NCBI GenBank assembly: GCA_002269645.1 | Contig: NIVC01002552.1 | Location: 1 to 64,000 of the forward strand | Length of the DNA stretch: 64,000 bases | Reading direction: 5' to 3' | Origin: Macrostomum lignano | Taxonomy: Eukaryota | In this document: piece by piece, positions 51,501 through 63,964 of the stretch | How positions within the stretch are numbered: position 1 is the first letter of the stretch | Layout: every line of letters begins with the position of its first letter | Notes under the pieces: model-generated | What the model was told of the DNA's origin: nothing | What the model saw: the letters and a program-made list of their open reading frames with translations, nothing else | Databases searched by the model: none | Program-made: the position numbers and the translations under genes

Positions 51501-51818
51501 TACTTATTATAGTTTATGTTTTATAATTATAGATTTAATAGAATTATAGATTTTCAAATGGTCTATTTATAGAAGGAACTGAAAACTCAAAGCTTACTTT
51601 TGTTTGTTAATTTTAGGCTAGTCTATATTTTATGGTTCTGGTTCGAATTTATACTTTACAGTTATTTTTTGTGTGGTCATGTTGCCTTATTACAGATGTC
51701 CACCATGTTTGGTGCATACCATTTTGATTTGATATTATATATGCCAAAAGATTATCTTGTGTATTTGGAGTACTCACAGCTTCAATCTTTGTAACCTTGC
51801 AAATTCCTCAAATTCCAG

Positions 51819-54800
51819 GCTCTGCAACAGGGCAGACTAATAATCTGCATCTGGTCTCAGGAGGCTGCTGGCCCAGTGTTCACCTGGGACAATGGAACTG
51901 TTGGGTGCCGCTGCAGCCACAGTCTGGAGCCATTGACACTGCAACAGTCAGCTGATCGCGCCGAGCTGCTGCAGGTGGGGCCTGGGATTGCAAAACTCGG
52001 TGCATGAAAAACCTTAATCGATAGAGAGATCGATAGACAAACTTTGATATTTCCACTTATAAGTTTTTCTTATTTGCCTTTCGACTTAGTCTATCTTAGC
52101 GTCCTCTTGCTTGCATCTGCATCTTCTTTCTCTGTCGAAAAAACTGATCCTGGCACAACACAAAACATTGTTACAATATTCTCTGCGGACTACTTAAAGT
52201 CAGTAAGTAAGTAAGATAACAGGAAAAGTAAGCATATATGCGTCATTTCCGCACGCAGGCAACCCTGGCAACTCTCGTCACCAGCGAGGTGTTCGCCGAC
52301 AGGCGCCGCTGCCGCCTCCGTCGGGCCACCTCGACTGGCGCCGCCAGCTCTGGCGCAGATTCGGCGCGCTGGTTCGAGGTCCACCCCGGCCTCAGCTGCG
52401 TCCTGGTCGCCTGCGGCTGCCGGCAGCACCTGCAGGAATTGGACAGCCTGGCCGCTCTGTTGGCCGGCGCGGTGCGAATGTTCCATTCAGAGGAGGACCC
52501 CCAGGTGCGCGGGCCGGCTTTATCAGTAAATGTTAAATTCAATTAGCTTAGCTAATTAGCTTACCTGTGTGCTTTCTGCAAGTCGACTGTGACTGTCACT
52601 TGATTTGCGGTAGCGCCTAAAGCCCCCTGCTAACTAACTGACTGTCTAAGCCAGACTGGGTGTCAGGGGCGCCAGATTTGGCGTCAGAGGCGCCAGATCG
52701 GGTGTCAGGGGCGCTAGACTGAATGTCAGAGGCGCCAGACTGGGTGTCAGAGGTGCCAGATTTAGTGTTAGATGCGCCAGATTAATTGGGTGTCAGAGGC
52801 GCCAGGCTGGGTGTCAGGCGCCAGATTGGGTGTCAGGGGCGCCAGATCAGGTTTCAGAGGCGCCAGATCGGGTGTCGAGGGCGCCAGATTGGGTGTCGAG
52901 GGCGCCAGATTGGGTGTCAGAGGTGCCAGATTGAGTGTTAGATGCGCCAGATTAATTGGGTGTCAGAGGCGCCAGGCTGGGTGTCAGGCGCCAGATTGGG
53001 TGTCAGGGGCGCCAGATCAGGTTTCAGAGGCGCCAGATCGGGTGTCGAGGGCGCCAGATTGGGTGTCAGAGGAGCCAGGCTGGGTGTCAGGCGCCAGATT
53101 GGGTGTCAGAGGCGCCAAGCTGAGTGTCAGGCGCCAGATTGTGTGTTAGGGATGCCAGATTGGGTATCAGAGGTGCCAGGCTGGGTGTCAGAGGCGCCAG
53201 ATTGGGTATCAGAGGTGCCAGGCTGGGTGTCAGAGGCGCCAGATTGGGTGTCAGAGGCGCCAGATTGGGTGTCAAGGGCGCCAGACTGGGTGTCAGATGC
53301 GCCAGATTAATTGGGTGTCAAGGGCGCCAGACTGGGTTTCAGATGCGCCAGATTAATTGGGTGTCAGAGGCGCCAGGCTGGGTGTCAGGCGCCAGATTGG
53401 GTGTCAGAGGCGCCAGATTGGGTGTCAGAGGCGCCAGGCTGGGTGTCAGGCGCCAGATTGGGTGTCAGAGGCGCCAGATTGGGTGTCAGAGGCGCCAGAT
53501 TGGCTGTTAGAGGCGCCAGGCTGGGTGTCAGAGGCTCCAAAGGCAATTTCTGATGCGTCAAACAGGGTGTCAGCGGGGCGAGCCTGATGGTAGCTGAAAG
53601 GAATTTTCGACCTTTGCATCCTATCCCATCCCAAAAATTTTAAACATTCCAAAACAGTCAAATAATTTGAATAATACAGGCTAGCGCCGCAAAGCGCCTG
53701 CAGCCGCTGCGCACCCTGCTGCCGCAGCTGGCCGCCGCCTGCGGCCCAGCCGAGCTTCTCTGCGCCCCCAGCATCTTGCGCTGCGGCCAGGCCTCGGAGG
53801 AGGCCGCCCTGGACCGGGCGCTGGCCGCCTACTTGGCCAAGTTCACCTGCCAGTACGGCTGCCTGCTGGTTGCCGGGCGCCGGGCCGCCGCCTCCCAGCA
53901 GTGGCGCCTCCTGTCAGCCACCGAGCAGATCCTGCTGGGCCACCTGGCGCTGGCGGCGGCTGATGGCGGCAGCGCCGACGTGCCTGTGTACATCGGCAGC
54001 CTGAGCAAGACTCTGGTGTTCCGGCTGGCCGCGGTCACCCTGCTGCCCGGCGTCTGTGCTCTGTGCGTCTGCGGCGGCCAGCCGACGCTGACTGACATCC
54101 TGCGGCACGCCGAGGCCGCCTGGACTCCCGTCAGCGGAGTGTTGTGTCAGGTGGGTGTTGTGTCAGGTGGGTGTTGTGTCAGGTGGGTGTTGTGTCAGGT
54201 GGGTGTTGTGTCAGGTGGGTGTTGTGTCAGGTGGGTATTGTGTCAAGTTAGTTTTGTGTCAGATGGGTGTTGTGTCAGGTGGGTTTTGTGTCAGGTGGGT
54301 TTTGTGTCAGATGGGTTTTGTGTCAGGTGGGTTTTGTGTCAAGTGGGATTTGTGTCAGATGGGTGTTGTGTCAGGTGGGTTTTGTGTCAGATGGGTGTTG
54401 TGTCAGGTGGGTTTTGTGTCAGGTGGGTTTTGTGTCAGGTGGGATTTGTGTCATGTGGGATTTGTGTCAGGTGGGTTTTGTGTCAGGTGGGTGTTGTGTC
54501 ATGTGGGATTTGTGTCATGTGGGATTTGTTTCAGGTGTTTTGTGTCAGGTAGGTGTTGTGTCTGGTTGGTGTTGTCAGGTTTTTGGTCAGGTGAGTGTTA
54601 CTGTACGTCTGTGGTACTTTGTCAGGTGGGTGTTGTGTCATTGTGTTGTGAGCCAGGGGGTATTGTTTCATGTGAATGTTACTGTCTGGGAATATTATGC
54701 CTGGGAAGCTTTAGCCAATCAAAGATCATAACAGGCTGTGCATGCGCCAACTGAGATGACCAACTGACTGACTCCCGCAGGCACTCGGCAGTGTTCAGCG

Positions 54801-55149
54801 CAGCCTGCCCGACAAGCTGAACCTGGACCCCAACATCGACTGCCTCTGCTACCGAGACGCTGCCGCCAACAGCTGCATCGTGTCCGCCATCCGCCCAGCC
54901 TCCGCGCCTCATCTGTTGCGGTTGATCGCCCACAGCGCGCCGCAGTTCTCCGAGGATCAGGCGGCGGATGCTGTGGCCGCCCCACTGCTGGCGCGTCGCA
55001 AGATGCAGCTCGGCTGGAGTCTGCAGGACTGCGCCTGCTATGCCGTGCGTGGCGACTCCTGCCAGCTGTACCTGGTTGCTAGGCCAGGCTTCCAGCCTGC
55101 CAGCCTGTCAGCTGTGCTGACGGAGCTCACTGGGAAGCTGGGGAACTGA
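51819..55149 (+). CDS. FUZ: Fuzzy planar cell polarity / ciliogenesis effector (tri-longin); initiator Met not encoded in first identified exon
   Basis: Exons 51819-51974, 52259-52504, 53680-54150, 54781-55149. GRRAAASQQWRLLSATEQILLGHL...DVPVYIG...RLAAVTLLPGVCALCVCGGQPTL matches FUZ GRVVAATEGWWRL..PEAVLLPWL...DYPVYLP...RLLTLTLLPSLELCLLCGPSPPL; WTPVSGVLCQ|ALGSVQRSLP aligns ungapped to WQPLLDPLRACLPLGPRALP. Confidence 0.85.
52648..53535. repeat. 19-21-bp minisatellite GCGCCAGATTGGGTGTCAGAG
   Basis: Fills the FUZ intron; same family as 60545-61045. Confidence 0.94.
54139..54655. repeat. 16-bp minisatellite GTGGGT(G/T)TTGTGTCAG built from the FUZ exon-intron junction
   Basis: Starts inside the exon and decays distally. 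Confidence 0.93.
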
Positions 55150-55335
55150 TGCTGCTACAGTTGGGATCCTGGGAACTGATGTTGCTACAGTTGGGATGCT
55201 GGGAACTGATGTAGCTGCAGTTGGGATGCTGGGAACTGATGTTGCTACAGTTGGGATGCTGGGAACTGATGTAGCTGCAATTGGGATGCTGGGAACTGAT
55301 GTAGCTGCAGTTGGGATGCTGGGAACTGATGTAGC
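55141..55335. repeat. 30-bp minisatellite GGGAACTGATG(T/C)(A/T)GCT(G/A)CAGTTGGGATGCT containing the FUZ stop
   Basis: About 6.5 units starting at the last two codons. Confidence 0.92.
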
Positions 55336-56039
55336 TGCAGTTGGGATGCTGAAGAACTGGTTTTGACATAGTAAAAGGCCTAATTGTTTATTCCAAGTAG
55401 CATTTATAAGCTCATATGTAAGGCTTGCTGAGCAAGTCTTAAGTCTCTCCAGTCTCTTGAGGCCTGCTTTTCTTGCAAATTTCTGCTTGAGCAGTTAATC
55501 CAATGTAATCCCAAATTCTCTAAGTTTCAATGTTTGTTAAGTTTAACTTGCATAATGCACTTTTGCACAGCACTGTTGAGTTATGGCGACTATTGCATTG
55601 AACTCTGAATAAAGATTTCAAGTCACTTTGAAGTTAGAAGCATTAGAAGTTGAAGTTTGAATCGCAAGGCATTTAAAAGCAACTTATTTCTTTAAAATCG
55701 AAATCTATTTACAGCTTTGCAGTACAAAAAGATGCAAACGTATTACTGAAAGTAGTGCGTATTAGAGTTGCAAGCATATTTAATAATAAAGTTTTTGTTT
55801 GGCGACGTAAAAGTATCAATATTCAAAAATAATTTGGCAAAATCTGAAGTTTGGGTGAAAAAGAACTCAGTTTAGAGCATTAAACTATAAAATATTGTAA
55901 AATGTGCACAATTAAATTCCGTTAATGTTGAATCTGGGAGAAAACACGCATGGTGCTCATGCCAGATGCTTGAGCACTTCACCCAGACGACCTCACGAGT
56001 GTCCTTTGGCATGCTTCTGTAAGCAATAGTACTTTTACC

Positions 56040-56315
56040 TTAGATTGGGCGCCACTGGATCAGATTGGGCACCACTGAATCAGATTGGGCGCCACTGTAT
56101 CAGATTGGGCGCTACTGAATCAGATTGGGCGCCACTGTATCAGATGGGGCGCTACTGAATCAGATTGGGCGCCACTGTATCAGATTGGGCGCTACTGAAT
56201 CAGATTGGGCGCCACTGTATCAGATGGGGCGCCACTGTATCCGATTGGGCGCCACTGTATCCGATTGGGCGCCACTGTATCAGATTGGGCGCTACTAAAT
56301 CAGATTGGGCGCCAT
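56040..56315. repeat. 20-bp minisatellite CAGATTGGGCGC(C/T)ACTG(T/A)AT
   Basis: About 13 units just past the innexin stop. Confidence 0.92.
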
Positions 56316-56363
56316 CATTCAAAATGAGTTTTCAAAGTGGGTGACAGACGGCAGACTTTGTCA

Positions 56364-59300
56364 TCACACCGACGCCAGGCTCTCCATATCGCTGGCCGCT
56401 TCTGCAACACCCGCAGGGTTGTCCCCTCCACCGCCGTCTGCCTCCCGTTCTTCTCGACTGTCTCCGTCGCTGTCGGAGCCGTTGGCGCTGCTGCCCGTCT
56501 CGCCGACATCCTCGCTGCCATCGGCGCTGTCGACCCCGTCGCTGCCTTCAGCAGCCTCTTCGCTCTCGCTGCCCTCTTCAGCTTCTTTCTCGACATCCTC
56601 GCTCTCCTCCTGATCGGCTTCATCGACGAGGCTCTCCTCGCCGCCGCCGTCACTCTCGCTGACGTCTTCCTCCTCGTCGTCGCCCTCGTCGTCATCATCG
56701 CCACCTTCGCCGCCTCCGTCATCATCGTCCTCATCGTCTTCGTCAGCTGGACCGTCGCCGTCGTCCTCGCCGATGTGGCAGTAGCCGGAGCTTCCACTCC
56801 TGGCCTCGCCAGCAAATCCGTCATCGTCGGCAGCGTTGGCAGCCTCGGCCGCCGAGTCGGCCCGGTCTCTGCTGTCCTGGGCCTCGTTTACAATTGCGAC
56901 CGCGGCAGCCAGCGTTCTTGCCGCAGGTGCATCGGCGGAGGCATCGCAGTCCAGCTGGGCCTCACAGTCGCAGAAATGATCAGCGCTGACGTCCTTGAAT
57001 AGCCTGCGCCTATCGTCTCGCTGACTCTCCTCGTCATCCTCGAGGTCGTCTCCCGGTCTGTCGGGCAATTTCGCCCACTTCACTCGTTTGAACTTGAAGC
57101 CAATCTTTCGGGGCCTCTTGTGAACGGGTGCGGGCTGGGCGGATTCCTCCTGGCTCAGGGACCGCGCCGAGGAGGCGGCGCTGCTCGTGATGGCGCCGGT
57201 CACCGAGCCTTCGGGCTCGTGTCGCGACCGGAATTTCCGGTAGAGGCCGCAGCAGATGTCGCTAGCGACGGAGTTGCCGCAGTTGATTGACAGCATGCTG
57301 ATGAGTAATGCGCCGTCATGCCGAAGGTAGTCTTGGGCGAATGACCTGCGATGTTAAGCGGTGAGGGGTTATTTGTGCAACTGCTGGCAGCAGTGGATCC
57401 AGAGCCAGTTAAGACTGCCCATTCACACGTCACTCGCTCTCACGGATCCGTAGGCAGACACGGTTTCGCGCAAAGCGTCCATCTGCCCTGACTTCCAATG
57501 ATCGGGTGGTGTGCATACTTGAAGTACTCGTATAAAGTATCATTATACTTTGCGAATTGCCAGGTTTGACGTTCGTGAAAGGTAAGTGCTCAAGCTCCTA
57601 GATCAGCTTTCCGTGTCTATTGCATCCTAGCATTCGGAAGGCGCATCTTTATCAGACAGAGCACACAATTATGGAGCCGTCAGAGGCCTTTTGCCATCAT
57701 AAAAGACTATTTTTACATTGTAACAAGGCTCAGTTTAGACACTGAAAATCCCACAACAACTTTTCACACTGGTTGGACCGCGTTGCACCTTGAAAAGCCA
57801 AGATGTACTTTGAAACCCAGGAAGACCCACGTTGCACTCAAGAAGAACCACTTTGCACTCAGGGAGACCCACTTTGCACTCAAGAAGACCCACTTTGCAC
57901 TCAAGAAGACCCACTCTGCACTCAAGAAGACCCACTTTGCACTCAAGAAGATCCACTTTGCACTCAAGAAGACCCACTTTGCACTCAAGAAGACCCACTT
58001 TGCACTCAAGAAGATCCACTTTGCACTCAAGAAGACCCACTTTGCACTCAAGAAGACCCACTTTGCACTCAAGAAGACCCACTTTGCACTCAAGAAGACC
58101 CACTTTGCACTCAAGAAGATCCACTTTGCATTCAAGAAGACCCACTTTGCACTTAGGAAGACCCACTTTGCACTCAAGAAGACCCACTTTGCACTCAAGA
58201 AGACCCACTTGGCACTCAAGAAGACCCACTCTGCACTCAAGAAGACCCACTTTGCACTCAAGAAGACCCACTTGGCACTCAAGAAGACCCACTCTGCACT
58301 CAAGAAGATCCACTTGGCACTCACGAAGACCCACTTTGCACTCAAGAAGACCCACTCAGGAGAGAACAGCGTTGCTTTCCTTCAGAATCAAACCTCACAA
58401 AATCTGCATCCCATGCAAACTCGCCTCCTACCTGATGACTCGCCTCTCTGCCGGATTGGCGCACGGAGCGCCGCTCAGGAAGATCATCCGCTTCACGCTT
58501 CGCTTCACCGGACAGACTGGCAGGAGCCAAGCCACCCAGACTGCCAGGCTGATGAGCGACATCGCCAGCAGGAAGGTGAACCAAAACCACAGGAATATGA
58601 ACAGCTTCTCGTGAAGCATGTTCACCGGCAGGGCGCACTGGGCGAACTGATGCTGGGCACCGGAGGACTGCCGGGTGAGCACGGCGCAACAGCCGCTCCT
58701 GGGGAACAGCCCGGTGGCTCGCCAGTCCCTGCCTGCGGTGGGGGGGAGAAGCCGGACTATTAGTGTGTTATAGCTCAGTGGTCAGCTGTTGCTTATCCCA
58801 AGGTTGTCTTAGAAGCGCCATTGTTGGGGGCGTCACAACAATTTTGAAGGGTGCGCCTAATCAGGTGCCGTAGTTCTTTGTCAGCCTATTGTGCGGGTGC
58901 CCCCTTGCCCCCTCGCCTCTGGCTACCCGTGACTTTGCTTCTCTGCCGTATAGACATCCAAGTATCACTTAAAGCCAGTATCTGTGGCGGTTTTACAAGT
59001 CTATTGATATTCATTTTGAAAAAAGCACAACTGAACATTACAAACTAGTGAAGTTTAAGCAAAATTGCAGCACTTACTACTACTCTCTCTCTCTCTCTCT
59101 CTCTCTCTCACTAGATACATACAGACGGGGATGGGTCCATCGTTCCAGTGCTTTGCTAGCGACTATTCTGAGAAATTGATAATAACGCGCTGAAACAAGG
59201 GGAGCAAAGCCAAAGAAAAGCCTTGCTCAGAGACCCCAGAGAAGCTCCTCTCCCCCCTCTCCTCTCACCCGCTGCCAGATCAGCCAGCAAGGAGGCGCCG

Positions 59301-60346
59301 AAACTCGCCGCCTGCACCGGCAGGGCCGCCAGGCCGGTCTTGGAGTTGAAGGAGCCGAGCTGCAACAGGCTGGCCATCAGCAGCAGCTGGCAGACGGCGT
59401 TGCCAGCGTAGAGGCACTTGACGGCCAGGTAGGCAGCGGCCAGGCGGGACCTGCAGGCCGCCCAGCAGTCCAGCCAGAGGTCCGCCTGACTCACGCAGCT
59501 GCTCAGAAGTTTCTCTCGCCGGCCGTCCGGCACTTTCGTTGCCAGCGGCTCGGCGGCGGCCTCGCGAGCCGAGCGCACCAGCTGCAGCAGGTTGACGCCG
59601 GCGCCGCAGCGGGCCACGGCGACCTGCCAGACGATGCGCGGGCTGTACAGCAGCGCGCCCTGCAGGCCGAGCACCAGCGGAAGCCACTGGTAGTAGAAAA
59701 TCTTGCGGCTGCGGTACGGTTGGTCCCAGTCCGGGTCGGAGGAGTCGATGAGGAACTCGGCGGGGGGCACATTGTAGGTGCCCTCCGAGTAGCAGATGCT
59801 GTTCACGTAGCTGCTTTGGCCTTCGTGCGAGCCCACGATGGAGGGCAGGTAGCAGACTATCGGGCTGGCGAAGTAGTTCTTGGCAGTGGCGAGGCTGCTG
59901 CAGACCAGCAGGAACCAGACTGCAATGCGAGTTCGAGTTCTATGCTTGTGGCTGAGTCAGCGGTAAATGTGTCTTGTCGAGCGATTTACGACCTTGAGAA
60001 CTACTAAGTGTGTACATTCCTGACGATGGGAGAGTCAGGGCTGCTGTACAACCCGTGTGAGCGTGTGTGTGAATGCAATATCCCGCGCTCTAAATGCAAT
60101 AAATGTCCAGGATTGCCTCGCTGCTGCTTGTGCCACGGTGTCGCCAAAGGCGTAGCGCTAGGGTGCACGCAACCTTCCTGCGAATATCCATCTGTACTTG
60201 AGTCCTGTGTGAAACTGCGTGTGCTCAGGGGTCAAAGCCGACTCACCAGAGTAGATGAAGCTCAGCTTGTCGGCAAAGTCGTCCAAGCCAACGTGGCTGA
60301 GCACCTCCGCCTGCCGCATGTAGGTGAAGAAGTCTTGAAGAATCAT
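56364..60346 (-). CDS. inx: Innexin (gap-junction protein) with long acidic C-terminus
   Basis: Exons 60346-60247, 59919-59269, 58732-58432, 57345-56364 in phase. DDFADKLSFIYS, YFASPIVCY, YVNSICY, YYQWLP, PRIVW, YLAVKCLY, LFPRSGCC, CALPVNMLHEKLFIFLWFW, FAQDYLRHDG. Confidence 0.94.
57815..58358. repeat. 21-bp minisatellite CACTTTGCACTCAAGAAGACC
   Basis: About 25 units in the innexin intron. Confidence 0.95.
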
Positions 60347-60544
60347 TGCGGCTGGTTAAAGCAATTCTGCAATATTTTTAGGATGCGGTTGGGTCGGTGT
60401 TTGACAAATCATTGCATTCAGCAACTCATTTTAGTGCATGCGTACGATCGAGTATTCGAATCGGGATGGCCAGTGCGCCAGGGGGCAAATAGCGCCTCAT
60501 TGAAGGCCTCACTGAAGCATTTGGTGCAAGCACAAATGAGGTCC

Positions 60545-61045
60545 GGGGTGCCAGATTGTGTGTCAGGGATGCCAGCTTGTGTGTCAGGGATGCCAGATTG
60601 GGTGTCAGGGATGCCAGATTGGGTGTCAGGGATGCCAGATTGTGTGTCAGGGGTGCTATATTGTGTGTCAGGGGTGCTAGATTGTGTGTCAGGGGTGCTA
60701 TATTGTGTGTCAGGGATGCCAGATTGGGTGTCAGGGATGCCAGATTGGGTGTCAGGGATGCCAGATTGGGTGTCAGGGATGCCAGATTGGGTGTCAGGGA
60801 TGCCAGATTGGGTGTCAGGGATGCCAGATTGGGTGTCAGGGATGCCAGATTGGGTGTCAGGGATGCCAGATTGTGTGTCAGAGGTGTCAGATTGTGTCAG
60901 AGGTGCCAGATTGTGTGTCAGGGATGCCAGATTGTGTGTCAGAGATGCCAGATTGGGTGTCAGGGATGCCAGATTGTGTGTCAGGGATGCCAGATTGTGT
61001 GTCAGAGGTGCCAGATTGTGTGTCAGGGGTGTCAGACTGGGTGTC
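60545..61045. repeat. 21-bp minisatellite GATGCCAGATTG(G/T)GTGTCAGG
   Basis: About 24 units upstream of the innexin ATG. Confidence 0.94.
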
Positions 61046-61964
61046 GAAAAGCCAGTAAGAGCGCCCATTTGTGTCAGAGGCCCGCCCAGTTTGGGTCCTA
61101 GGGACACGAATTTTGCAAAAGTTTTGCTGTGACAAGTGATTTGCAATAAATGCATGACTCATACTCTCTCACCTTCATCCGAATGAAGCAGCATTTAACT
61201 CACTATCAGTGTGATGCAGCATCCATCGCTCACTTGAGTCACATTCTACCAACGCAGCAGTTGATTTATTATGAGTAAAAACTCGCACAGGAAGTCATTA
61301 ATTTATAAAGATGAGTTTTTGTACGCCAAACGTTTCGCAAAACAGCGCACAAGCCCACTAGATAAGGGCAGATATGGGAAAGAAATGTAAGTGCTCAATC
61401 GACCGCTGTATTCAACAACAAGTTCACGTGCTCACAGCGCATGGCCAGCGAGCTGCACCTCTCCCTCACTGCACCCTCCCCGCCGCTTTTCCCGCTTCCC
61501 ATTGGTTCGGTCTTGGCGTTGGCAAAGAGCAATTATTTGAACAAGTTTGAGAAGTGAGCGGACGCAGACAGTCGATTTAAAACGCGGGCTGGGGCCCTGG
61601 AGAGCTCTGAAATAAGGGGAAGAGACGGGTATGAGTTCTGCAGCAGTTTTTAACGAGATCGTGCATGCATTTTAGACTGGTCTGTGAGCAGGGACGGTTG
61701 TTCACACCGAATGCTGAGAGCTCGAGCCTGACTCGAAGTTCAGAAGCGCGTAGAACTTCTCTCCGCCGCGTGGGCAAGTGCATGTCAGTACGTCATTGTG
61801 GGAATTTTATTGGCTACGACTTGAGCTGCGATTAGGTAAAAAAGTACAAAAGGCACTCTTGTCAGAGGACTATTTACGCGAAAAAGAAAGTACTTCATCT
61901 GTACTGACAGATTCATTCCAACTAGGCGCTAAGCTGCTTTCTGTTTCAGCTAGTGTCGGCCTGA

Positions 61965-62200
61965 TGGATCAACATGCAGATGACCGTCGTTCTCTGCATG
62001 CCGGACGACATCGAGGCTGCCATTTGGTGCCGAGGCGCTGACGAACAGGCGACGGAGCTTCTGTGAGGTCAGCAGTTCGTGTACCTCGGCGGTCTGGTTC
62101 CCGGCGTCCGCGAGGATCTGCGGCGTCGCCGCGGGTTAGCCTGAGGCCCTGACCGCCTATCGTCCCGCCGGCCTGCCCCGACCAAGCGACCTGTTGCGCC
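61965..62200 (+). mobile_element. Decayed RTE-like LINE reverse-transcriptase fragment
   Basis: HADD (YADD-like) followed, with frameshifts, by QQFVYLGGLVPGVREDLRRRRGLA* (cf. FxYLG...D..RR.GLAW). Confidence 0.65.
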
Positions 62201-63094
62201 GGTTGCAGCCGGTGTTAGGCTTTCTGTTCACCGGGGTCTTAATTTGTCCGGGGGACATCGCAAAGCAAAATTATTGTCGCTTTGCGATAACCTACCCTGG
62301 ATAATCCAAGGCACAACAAAATCGGGCTTTGAAATATCCTAGGTCTTGAATTGTCCGGGGTGAATAAAGATTGGGGTGGCAAGTTAGTCAAATTAGCTCG
62401 TATTTACAGGATAAGGCGCATGTGAATGCGTGGGGCAGAATGACAACATTAAGCGAGAATGGGACTGACTCAGAGTGCTTGGGAGGGGCGGATAAGATGC
62501 AGTCTAAGAATAAATCGATAATAGACTGTCGTTAAATGTACCCGCACAAGCGTACATGCCATGAATATCAGTGTACGAGCTAATAGCCCGAAATTAATGT
62601 TGGCGCAAATTATAATACACATTATTTTCAGATAGTTGGAAAATATTTCTTGTCCAAGTCCTACGTAATCGTTTTTAGCGACGAGCATGCTGAGCTGCCG
62701 GAACATTCCAGTACAAAAGAGAGAGATAATCTGCAGAAGACGTCTACCGCATCATCAAATGCAATAATACTTATCAGCTGGCTGGTTTCTCAAAACATGA
62801 AAACGGAAAGCATCTCAATCAAAGCATCGGAAGAAGGCTGTGGCTCATCACGCTTCAATCAGCGGATCGCCAGTTTTTGATTTATCGAATTAGATTGGTG
62901 AATGGAGTAACAGACAGCTTTTCGGTTGACAATATGAGCTTTGATTTTAGTTCTTTTTGGAGTGTGTGAAGCGCGAAATTGTTATTGAAACATACACCGT
63001 TAAATAAGCATGACGCAGATGTTTGCCATTGAAAAAGTAGCAAAAAGTTATTTTCTAATTTGCGAAAAGTGATGTCGAAATTTTGCTATTTCTA

Positions 63095-63400
63095 GCCCCG
63101 GATATCAGTAGCCGGATGTCCTAAGGCAAACCTCTGTCTCCGCAGGCTGACCCCTCTCTTTCAACCTACAGTCGGATGTCCCAAGACAACTTCCCCTTCT
63201 TGTGGTCTCCGGGCCGGATAGCAGAGTCAGTGCCGTAGGATGTCCGGGAGAGACATCTCAAAGTGCCCGGACAATGCAAAGCAGCTCAAGATATCCGGGA
63301 AGGACAAAACAAAGCAGGTTTTTTGCTTGGCAGTATCCGGGCAGATATCGTAAGTGCGTTCGGATATCCGGGCCAGACAAAAAAACCCGGATAGTCTAAA
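63095..63400. mobile_element. Possible DNA-transposon subterminal region
   Basis: Cluster of CCGGATA/TATCCGG motifs in both orientations; no TIR or TSD identified. Confidence 0.3.
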
Positions 63401-63964
63401 GTGTAACACCGGTGCAGGAGCTGCTGCTGACCCTGCAGGCGCCCTACCGGCGAGGAAAAGCGCGCACTCGACGTCAGCGACCTGCGTCACGTCACCGACG
63501 TCACTGATGTGAATCGCTCTAACATCAATACGTGCCGATTGATTCACAACTCCATTACTGATTTCCTTAGAGATTCGCTCTTCAGTTTCTCTGCGCTCCA
63601 TAATCAGACAAAATCAGCTCATACGGCTGTTCAGTTTATTCGCGAGTCGCTCTTTTTACGCAGAATTTTCGCAGACCGCCTGCTATTAGTAGGGCATGCA
63701 GCACATTTTTAATAACGACAGTTTTGGCGAACTGCAAGAAACTCAAAATGCCTTGAATTGGTGGCAATAACAATACAGCAGAGCTCTGAGAACTATTCTT
63801 CAAGAAGCCGATCTCGAAGTTGCCGAGAGTCTGTCGGGCTGAAGATGAATAATAAATCCACTAGAGTCGTTGGGGACTCCAGCGCCACGTTTTGGTACTT
63901 GGGAATTGTTGAATATATGGAGTAAAATTGCTATAATAATGATAATAATAAGTTACACCTGCCC

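Noticed and set aside
56315-57002. Hydrophobic + strand ORF (56337..57002) and Thr/Arg-rich - strand ORF (56315..56824)
   Set aside because: Antisense and alternate-frame shadows of the D/E-rich innexin exon.
63770-63925. Short minus-strand coding-like stretch (SIYSTIPKYQNVALESPTTLVDLLFIF...)
   Set aside because: No recognisable domain or clear splice support; may belong to a gene outside the window.
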